A DNA stretch of 64,000 nucleotides, taken from NCBI GenBank assembly GCA_951406725.2, contig OX597814.1, positions 192,882,001 through 192,946,000 of the forward strand. The letters run 5' to 3'. Shown here piece after piece: positions 53,810-64,000 of the stretch (its first letter is position 1; each line of letters starts with the position of its first letter). The notes beneath the pieces are model-generated. The model did no database searches and was not told where the DNA came from. It worked only from the letters and a program-made list of their open reading frames with translations. The translations under genes were made by a program, and so were the position numbers. Source of the DNA: Octopus vulgaris. Its lineage: Eukaryota.

Positions 53810-54382
53810 AAAGAGAGAATGATAGGGAGAAAGAAAGACCCAGACATAAAGATAGAGAAATAGAAAAAAGTTAAAGATACGTAGAGAGTGTCTGAGACGG
53901 AGATTTGTGCGTGCGCGTGTGTCATTGAAGATAGAGAGGGAACGAGAACTTGGGAAGGAGACTGTATGAGGGAATATCATAGAGATAGAGAGGAGGTGTG
54001 TATGTGTGTGTGTAAGAGTGAATGATAAAATTGAGTGTATGGGAGAGTTGTATGGGAGAGTAAGAAAGTAAGATGAAGATAGCAACAGATAGTTTCAAAA
54101 AGAAAATTGAGAGAACAGCAATTTATAAAAGTAAACAGTGGTGGTCGTGGATGTGGTGGATGTGGTGGTAGTGGTAGTGGTTGTGGTGGTGGTGGTGGTG
54201 GTAGACGATGATGGCGATGATTGCAACGATGAAGAATAACGACACAAAAGATGGGAGATATTGAAGATGAGGATGATGAGGATCAAGGAAATTATGAAAA
54301 GGGAAGAAAAGATGTAGAAATGAAATGAACAGCTGTACAAGCTGTGTATATACATGTATGTGCACGCACGTATGTATAAATT

Positions 54383-54423
<41 letters not shown>

Positions 54424-54439
54424 GCACACACACACGCAC

Positions 54440-54476
<37 letters not shown>

Positions 54477-54545
54477 TATAAAAATATATATACATACATA
54501 CACACATACATATATATATACACACATACACACACATATATATAT

Positions 54546-54576
<31 letters not shown>

Positions 54577-54989
54577 CATACACACATATACACACACACA
54601 TATATATACATACACACACATACATACACACATATATATGTATATATATGTATATATATGTATATATATATATATATATCTTTATCTGTCTATCTATCTA
54701 TGCACACATGCGCATGCGCACACACGTAAATATTTCTTACATATATATAGTATATGGTATGTATCACATTTAAGAATAACCGTTCGCTATGAAGAGCGAC
54801 TTACACTTGCAACTATGTTGGCCTTAAGCTGGATTCTGATAATCTTATTTCAATGTTATCTATCGGCATACAACTAAATCATAATTGTGTGTCGCAGAGA
54901 CATCTGCCACCAGTGGAATAGAAGAATGGAAAGCAGAACAATGCATTCCTTCCTTCCTTCCCTTCCTCCTCTCCTTCAAACGCATGCAT

Positions 54990-55027
<38 letters not shown>

Positions 55028-55360
55028 ATATATATGTATATGCATATATATGTATATATATATATATATATATGTATCTATATGTATATGTATATATATG
55101 TATATGTATATATATGTATATATATATATATTCATATATATATATTTATATATATATATATATTATATATACATATATATATATATTTATATATATATAT
55201 ATTTATATATATATATATTATATATATATATGTATATGTATGTATATGTATACACGCGCTCATAAATGCCGGTATATCGATCGATCGCCCCCTTGTTGCT
55301 CATATATATATATATATAAAATACACACATTCACTCACATACATACACACATACATACGA
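52560..55360. repeat. Large compound low-complexity block: (TG)n, (TATG)n, (GA)n, (GGT)n, (TA)n
   Basis: Direct reading. Confidence 0.95.
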
Positions 55361-55646
55361 TGGTTATGAAGATGCTGACGCAGGAATAGTCACCGTGGTT
55401 AGTGCTCACTCAGTTAAACTTTTAAAATCCAACTTCTTCGCATTTAGCCACCACTTCTCACCGTGTTATTATAGTGTCTGATGCATGAAGGCACTTACGT
55501 AGTATCTTGGGTTCGTGTATTTTGTTATTATGTTTGATTATGTGTTTGGTGATGTGTGATGTCTTGGTTGCAAAGAGTGATGCATATAGACAGACATCTG
55601 TTGGTAGTGTTAGGGAGTAATGAAGTATAGTATTGTATAGAAGGAA

Positions 55647-55682
<36 letters not shown>

Positions 55683-55720
55683 AATCCTGAAGACATCTCG
55701 GAGCAGGTCAAAGCTGACAA

Positions 55721-56135
55721 GGCGGCGAGCTGGCAGAATCGTTAGCACGCCGGGCGAAATGCGTAGCCGTATTTCGTCTGCCGTTACGTTCTGAGTTCAA
55801 ATTCCACCGAGGTCGACTTTGCCTTTCATCCTTTCGGGGTCGATTAAATAAGTACCAGTTGCGCACTGGGGGTCGATATAATCGACTTAATCCATGTGTC
55901 TGTCCTTGTTTGTCCTCTCTGTGTTTTGCCCCTTGTGGGTTGTAAAGAAATAGGTATTTCGTCTGCCGCTACGCCCTGAGTTCAAATTCCGCCGCGATCG
56001 ATTTTGCCTTTTATCCTTTCGGGGTCGATTAAATAAGTACCAGTTTCGCACTGGGGTCGATGTAATCGACTTAATCTGTTTATCTGTCCTTGTTTGTCCT
56101 CTCTGTGTTTAGCCCCTTGTGGGTAGTGAAGAAAT
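55721..56135 (+). mobile_element. SINE B dimer with 16-bp TSD
   Basis: AGGTCAAAGCTGACAA at 55705-55720 and 56136-56151. Confidence 0.92.
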
Positions 56136-56630
56136 AGGTCAAAGCTGACAAAATGAAGAACAGAGATGATTATCGACCGGCGCGAGTTTTAGTGTGATTG
56201 AGAATACTATTTATCTAAGAGATGAGACATGTGGAACTCGAAAGCCGGCAGTTTTGTCAGGAGATTCGTATGTCAGACACGGGTGACAACATTAAATGAT
56301 GAGTGATAGAGGAGCGTAGGTTACCAGAGGATATGGCTTTACGGAAACTACACTGGTGAGTCGTTAAAAAGGGAGAGCAATTCAAGGTGCTAGAGGACGT
56401 CGCTGTAAATGAGTACGATCGGGTGGTAGCTGAAGGATCACAGAGGTTGCACAATGTAAGGGTACACCTTTGATGCAAGTTTGATGAAGTGCCACTCTCA
56501 TGTCTAAAACCGCAAAACATTAGGGTTAGGGCTTTCATTTCAAACTTTTGGTGCAAGCAGAGTTGGTACAGAAACAATGGTAACGAATAATTAAAGATGT
56601 GTTAAAGGATTTCTTAGTCTTATTGTTTGG

Positions 56631-56931
<301 letters not shown>

Positions 56932-57045
56932 ATATTTCGGAATGGTCATTTTGCTAGTTTAGCCAATAAAAACACACGCACTATATATTTGATGTTACTT
57001 TGCTTCAGTGTTATTTATTTTTTACATTAATCTTAATCTTATTTC

Positions 57046-57090
57046 GGCCAGAGTTCTTTCGTCACACTCCTGTGACCGCATCAGTGGTCC
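57046..57090 (-). ncRNA. Hammerhead-like motif (core variant CUGAUGC) in an insert abutting (TA)n
   Basis: Minus strand: CCA-CTGATGC-G-GTCAC AGGAGT GTGAC-GAAA-G AA C-TC-TGG. Confidence 0.55.
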
Positions 57091-57917
57091 TTTGTTTTCT
57101 TCTTACTTATTTGTGTCTCTCCTTACTAACCGTCAGCCATTTTGTATTTCTATTGTATGTCTTCATTTGCGCATGCTTATATCTCTATGTGCGTTTATGT
57201 TTATTTATGTATATATATGTGTGTAGATATTTACTTGTATTATTACACAAAGTGCCGAAACAAGGAAAACAAGCTTAGAGAAATTCATAAAAAATAGATA
57301 TCTTCGAAAAAGGATTCTTCCTTCATCAGCGAGGAACACAAAATAACTATATTTTTATGAATTTCTGTTAGCTTGCTTTCCTCGTTTCGGCACGTGGTGT
57401 AATAATTCAAGTGGAAATATTTTATGTGGTTAGACGATTTAGCGTCTATTTTTCAGCATAGTAGCAAAGAAAAAACAATTTTTTTCCTTTTGTCCTCATT
57501 TATAATAGTATAATTTTCACCTTACAAAGTATTTTTCATATGCTGGCCACTGACAAAATTTTTAAATAAAATTTTATCCTTATATGAAAAGTGTGTATAT
57601 ATATATGTTTATGTTTATGTTTTCCAGTTTCAGCTCTTGAGCTGTGGTCATGCTGGGGCACCGCCATTAATATATATATATATATATGTTTATGTTTTCC
57701 AGTTTCAGCTCTTGAGCTGTGGCCATGCTGGGGCACCGCCATTATATATATACCCTTGTATTGTGCAACCTCTGTGATCCTTCAGCTACCACCCGATCGT
57801 ACTCATTTACAACGACGTCCTCTAGCACCTTGAATTGCTCTCCCTTTTTAACGACTCACCAGTGTAGTTTCCGTAAAGCCATATCCTCTGGTAACCTACG
57901 CTCCTCTATCACTCATC

Positions 57918-58005
<88 letters not shown>

Positions 58006-58239
58006 TTGACCAGGAGTCAAGAATCCATGTAAATCAAAGGCGATAGTTAAGAAGTAAAGGTGGACAGTATGTTTAAAAATATGTCCATGTTACCAAATAT
58101 TACAAATTTGTAGAATTTGATAAGATGAACATACACACCGAAACCGGTTTATAACAGTCACTTAATTTAACAAATATAAAATAATCTTTCAACATACGTG
58201 CTGTTTCTACCATAACTTTTTAACACGCAAACACGCACG

Positions 58240-58321
<82 letters not shown>

Positions 58322-58323
<2 letters not shown>

Positions 58324-58620
58324 GAGGTGCAATGGCCTAGTGGTTAGGGCAGCGGACTCGTGGTTTCGATTCCCAGATCGGGCGTTGTGAGTGTTTATTG
58401 AGCGAAAACACCTAAAGCTCCACGAGGCTCCGGCATGGAGTGGTGGCGATCCCTGCTGTACTCTTTCGCCACAACTTTCTCGCACTGTATCTTCTGTTGA
58501 CCTGCTCGCTTAGCCAGCGAGGTGGCATCATTTGAAGGCTAAAACAATGCGAAGCGCATTGTGACCAGCGATGTGTAGCAACATCTGATAGCCTGGTCGG
58601 TCACGGTGATCACGGTGATA
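58322..58620 (+). mobile_element. SINE family C with a third tail type
   Basis: C head; distinct tail ..GGTCGGTCACGGTGATCACGGTGATA. Confidence 0.82.
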
Positions 58621-59085
58621 TATATATATATTCTTTTACTTGTTTCAGTCATTTAACTGCAGCACCTTCTTGAAGAATTTCAGTCGAACAAATCGACCTC
58701 AGGACTTATTTTTAAAGCCTAGTATTTATTCTATCGGAAGCTTTTGCCGAACTGCTAAGTTATAGCGACGTAAACACACCAACACCGGTGGTGGGGGACA
58801 AGAGAGTGACAAATAGGATAAGTACCAGGTTTAAAAATAAATACTGAGGACATTTCATTCGACTAAAATTTTTCAAAGCGGTACCCCAACATGACCGCAG
58901 TCTATTGACTGAAACAATATATATATATATGTGTGTATGTATGTACTGTGCATGTTTGTGAGTACGTATGCTTATATTAAAGAAAGGGTAAGTAGGATAG
59001 ACAGATATATAATGAGATCGTTTGGTTCTTTTTTTATGAACAACTGTTTCCTTTCGTGTCAAAGACCCCCAAATAAAAAAGTATA

Positions 59086-59393
59086 CAGTGATCCCTCGCC
59101 ATATCGCGGTTCACCTATGGCGCACTCAGTACATCGCGGTTCACCTATCACGCACTCAGTACATCGCAGTTCATCTATCGGTGACTCAGTGCATCGCGGT
59201 TCACCTATCGCGCACTCAGTGCATCGCGGTTCACCTATCACGCACTCAGTACATCGCAGTTCATCTATCACTCACTCAGTAACACCGCAGTTCACCTATC
59301 GTGCACTCAGTACATCGCAATTCACCTATCGCACACTCAGTACTTCGCGGTTCACCTATCGCGCACTCAGTACATCGCGGATTTTTCTAGCTA

Positions 59394-59453
<60 letters not shown>

Positions 59454-59562
59454 TTATATCGCGGATTCCTCAGAATCGGCCGTTAGGTATTTATATTGTT
59501 TTAAATTTTATTTGTGTGGGAGGTTTTGAAACGTAACACCTGCGATAGTCGAACGATTTCTG
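59086..59562. mobile_element. Tigger/pogo-like MITE containing a 30-bp minisatellite x~9
   Basis: TA|CAGTGATCCCTCGC.. and decayed ..GCGATAGTCGAACGATTTCTG|TA; unit CATCGCGGTTCACCTATCRCGCACTCAGTA at ~59102-59380. Confidence 0.7.
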
Positions 59563-60176
59563 TATATCAATGCAATTTTTTTGTACAAATGTGTACATGT
59601 ACCCCCACCCACCACCACACGTATTTATGTATGAATACATACATCAGCGCACATGTTTATGTATGAGTATGAGTGTCCTTGGCGTATGCATCTGTGCGTA
59701 TGCTTGCATGTTTATGCGTATAATCTCTACAACTTTCATGAATAAATATGACATAGCTGTAAATTTGCACAAATTTACATAATATATTATCCTCATCCGC
59801 TCACAATTTTACAAATAACACACTGTAACATTGCTATACGAATAAACCCAACGGATAATCATGTAAATGTACATCTACATACACTTGATGTGTACATAAT
59901 TGCATATATGGCACCAAGGATAAGTATTTGGTTACATGTACACACACACACACATATACTCACTCTGCCTAATTTTCTCATTATTTTCTCAATTTATTGT
60001 TCTTTAAATTCTATCAGTAGATTGCATTGTTTTTTACCCGATAACTGATAACCCAACTATATTTTATATATAATTATACTCCACATGTCTCTTATAAATC
60101 ACACACATACGTATGTGTGTGTGTGTGTGTATATATAAATATATATATATATATATATTTATATCTATCTATCTAT

Positions 60177-60218
<42 letters not shown>

Positions 60219-60344
60219 TTAGAGACAGAACCACATTCAACTCAATCAACACTGGAAGATTTTATACCCGACCACTCCATAAAATGTTAAATATAAATCT
60301 TATACTAACTATATCTATTCTGAATCCTGTATTTTCCGTTTATA

Positions 60345-60444
60345 AGACTACACGTGTTTCATGAAAGTACGTCGGTATTGATTAGTTACGTGGTATCTAG
60401 TTTTGATACTTAATCAGGTCGACATACTCCCAATCTTCAGGTCT
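60345..60444 (-). ncRNA. Type-I hammerhead with 13-bp stem II and large loop
   Basis: Minus strand: AGAC-CTGAAGA-T-TGGGAGTATGTCG..CGACGTACTTTCA-T-GAAA-CACGTG-TA-GTCT; intact core, GUA site. Confidence 0.75.
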
Positions 60445-60913
60445 GGATTCCTCAACATTTTTCACTATCCATCCCTCTTATATGCCTCCATGATATTCTA
60501 TAACATCAATATAATCTTATTTAACATATACCAATGAATAGAAATACAAATAATAGATAAAAATAATAAATGAATGTTAAAAGCTTAAGGAGTAGCAATT
60601 TAAGGAATAAAAATTCAAGGAATAAAAATTTAAGGAAAAAATTAAAGAGAAAAAATACTAGTAAAAATTACGAATAAGAAATAAAGAATTGCGAATAAAC
60701 AAATACGAAATAAAAATGAAATAATAATAAAATAAAAATAGAGGCAAAAATAAAACGAATGTTAACTTATCTTTTCTTTCCTCGGCGAAAATGAGACATA
60801 GCTACATCTTGCTAAAAAGGCAAAATCTGCGTTTGATAATACCTATGTATAGGATGTACAACAAATAAATGTCAGAAAGTTCTACTGGTGTATCTATTCC
60901 TTTATATAGTAAA

Positions 60914-60990
<77 letters not shown>

Positions 60991-61155
60991 GTATATATAT
61001 GTATATATGTATATATATGTATATATATGTATGTATATGAATATATATACGTATATATGTATATGTGTATATGTATATGTATATGTATAAATATGTATAT
61101 GTGTAAATATGTATATATATATATGTATATGTATATAGGTATATGTATATATATG

Positions 61156-61186
<31 letters not shown>

Positions 61187-61273
61187 GTATGTATATATGT
61201 ATATATATGTATGTATGTATATATGTATATATATGTATGTATGTATATATATATATATGTATATATATGTATG

Positions 61274-61312
<39 letters not shown>

Positions 61313-61317
61313 ATATG

Positions 61318-61352
<35 letters not shown>

Positions 61353-61357
61353 ATATG

Positions 61358-61388
<31 letters not shown>

Positions 61389-61392
61389 TATG

Positions 61393-61445
<53 letters not shown>

Positions 61446-61448
<3 letters not shown>

Positions 61449-61849
61449 AATATTAGGGAATGAATCCAAAATTACAGGGAAAAAATCAGATTTAGGGTTA
61501 AATCCAATTTTATAGTAAAATATTATATAATATAATTCGAGACAAAATCACTATTTTAAAACCAAACAAGGAAAGACTTAATCAATACATAAAATTTTAA
61601 TATAAATTAAATAAACCGCCACTACAAATGTTTCATGTCTGCTACCGACAATCTTCAGGTGGATTTTCGATCTTCTAATCAGTATCAAATTTTGATACTG
61701 ATTAGAAGATCGAAAATCCACCTGAAGATTGTCGGTAGCAGACATGAAACATTTGTAGTGGCGGTTTATTTAATTTATATTAAAATTTTATGTATTGATT
61801 AAGTCTTTCCTTGTTTGGTTTTAAAATAGTGGTTTTGTCTCGAATTATA
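61446..61849. mobile_element. Lopsided near-perfect palindrome in (TA)n with a hammerhead on each strand
   Basis: 159-bp arms 61531-61689/61691-61849 (one mismatch seen); ~85-bp unpaired extension. Confidence 0.8.
61718..61761 (+). ncRNA. Minimal type-I hammerhead (mirror copy at 61619-61662, minus strand)
   Basis: CCAC-CTGAAGA-T-TGTC GGTAGCA GACA-T-GAAA-CA TT TG-TA-GTGG. Confidence 0.75.
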
Positions 61850-61875
61850 TATATATATATATATATGTATGTATA

Positions 61876-61911
<36 letters not shown>

Positions 61912-62089
61912 TGTATGTATATATATATATGTATGTATATATATATATGTATGTATATATATATATGTATGTATATATATATGTATGTATATATGTATGT
62001 ATGTATATATGTATATATATATATGTATGTATATATGTATGTATATATATATATGTATGTATGTATATGTATATATGTATGTATATATG

Positions 62090-62120
<31 letters not shown>

Positions 62121-62208
62121 ATATGTATATATATATATGTATGTATGTATATATATATATGTATATATGTATGTATGTATATATGTATATATATATGTAT
62201 GTATATTA

Positions 62209-62239
<31 letters not shown>

Positions 62240-62260
62240 ATATATCTATATATAAGTATG

Positions 62261-62303
<43 letters not shown>

Positions 62304-62344
62304 ATATGTATATATATCTATATATAAGTATGTATGTATATATG

Positions 62345-62377
<33 letters not shown>

Positions 62378-62538
62378 ATATGTATATATATCTATATATA
62401 AGTATGTATGTATATATGTATATATATCTATATATATGTATGTGTGTATATATGTATGTATGTATATATATCTATATATATGTATGTGTGTATATATGTA
62501 TATATGTATATATGTATATATATTTATATATATGTATG

Positions 62539-62580
<42 letters not shown>

Positions 62581-62599
62581 TTTCTGCCCTTCGGTTTAC

Positions 62600-63050
62600 T
62601 CAAACCCCGTTCGTACGGTTTTATTTTTGAAGGCTGTCGGTTTGGCCGAATTATCTTACTTAGAACATCTATGTAAAAAAAAACTACTTTGTTTCTGTCT
62701 TCTCTTTGCCATTTGACTTTCATTTCACTTCTACAATTGTGATGTTGTGATGAAGCACTTATGCCTTTCGATTGTTATTACGTCATCAATAGCTGCAGGT
62801 CCTATAGACAATTTCAGTGCTAGTCAAACTGACGGGTTTCTAATTTGTTCTGTGAATGGATAGAAATCCGAAGACAAAGAATTTTTTATGTCTTACAGTT
62901 CATTCCCAACTACCATCCTGCTTTCCAATGATATTGACATTTCCGCAGGGCTTCAGGGCTTCAGGATTTCACAATGACTCTGGCAGAGTGATTTACGGGT
63001 GCTATGCATTGCCAAATGGCAACCCGGGACTGCTCATTGAGTATTCGTAG
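62600..63050 (-). mobile_element. Possible heavily decayed CR1/L2-type RT
   Basis: Minus strand: SPG.., N*KPVSLTS and VFFYIDV in the expected order. Confidence 0.3.
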
Positions 63051-63149
63051 CTAACCTATCTATCTAGAGGCCATTCGCCTATCCGCAAACTAGGGATCCG
63101 GTGGATGGGAGTTTTCATCACTACACCATAAGCAGCACTTACCCCTGTA

Positions 63150-63430
63150 CGCAACTGGTACTTAATTTATCGACTCCGAAAGGATGAAAGGCAAAGTCGA
63201 CCTCGGCGGACTTAGAACTCAGAACGCAAAGACAGACGAAATACCTATTTCTTTACTACCCACAAGGGGCTAAACACAGAGAAGACAAACAAGGACAGAC
63301 AAACGGATTAAGTCGAATACATCGATCCCAGTGCGTAACTGGTACTTATTTAATCGACCCTGGAAGGATGAAAGGCAAAGTTGACCTCGGCGGAATTTGA
63401 ATTCAGAACGTGGCGGCAGACGAAATACCT
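63150..63430 (-). mobile_element. SINE B tandem bodies (truncated multimer)
   Basis: Junction GAAATACCTATTTC at ~63238; second GAAATACCT at ~63422. Confidence 0.85.
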
Positions 63431-64000
63431 GGATTTATGTTTTAAATCTTGTTAAATATTTTCGAGATTCGATAAGAGCTTCTAATGAAAAATTCCAAAA
63501 CAGGCGGAAAAGTCGATTTTCTCTAGGTATTAACCTCTTACACGGCAAAGGCGAGTTAACTTGCCTTGTCCCTATTTGTCTTTTTCAGAGTGCGACGGGT
63601 AAACTCGTCCAAAACAGCCACAGACGAGTTTATACATCAATTTTCGGCATTTCTCGGTTTTTGTTCTTTTTTTTAATACAAATTACGCCCTGATGTCGAG
63701 CTCAGGAAAATAAATAAATATATATATATATATATATATATAAAAGAATTTTGAGAAGACATGCTAAAAAAAAAGAGTAAAATAAATGTGTAATTCCCCT
63801 TTACTTTTGATGATAAAGTTGGAAAAAAGCAATAAATAAAAAGATACTTAAAAAAAAATATGGGAAGACGAGTAATCTCGTTTTTGCCGAAGAGGAAATA
63901 ACGTGTGACATCATTTTCTTTATCACCAGTCGTGTTCCATCGCAAAGTCTTGGTGGTTCCAGATTGCGGAGTAGCATTACAGGAGTTCCAACTTTAAGTG

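Noticed and set aside
52375-54085. Long ORFs (556 aa minus, 261 aa plus)
   Set aside because: Open only because (TG)n/(TATG)n/(GA)n lack stop codons; HT/CV/YI dipeptide artefacts
58117-58150. Possible hammerhead TTGATAA..GAAACCGGTT
   Set aside because: Core has multiple substitutions and stem I is not evident; at most a relic
58931-59536. 201-aa ORF with 10-aa repeats, or a CRISPR-like array
   Set aside because: Contiguous 30-bp minisatellite without unique spacers, inside a MITE; eukaryotic context, no cas genes

Overview
AT-rich, repeat-saturated animal (metazoan) non-coding DNA. The SINE and microsatellite content suggests an octopus genome; this is inferred, not verified. I found no convincing host protein-coding gene, and nearly all long ORFs in the track are microsatellite artefacts. 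The window holds four tRNA-derived SINE families in many copies and decayed LINE fragments (R4/Dong-like, RTE, L1/Tx1-like, Penelope-like RT). It also holds two ORF1-only elements, a mariner, two Helitrons and several MITEs. The most striking signal is about a dozen minimal type-I hammerhead-ribozyme (HHR) motifs. They sit in short inserts, many embedded in or abutting (TA)n tracts, and several form a recurrent lopsided palindrome: two copies diverge from a centre and one arm carries an extra 60-110 nt tail. One example is a ~349-bp tandem plus inverted, HHR-bearing, retrozyme-like unit (6127-7069) with a distant relative at ~14430-14616. All motif calls and pairings were made by eye; no folding or database search was run.
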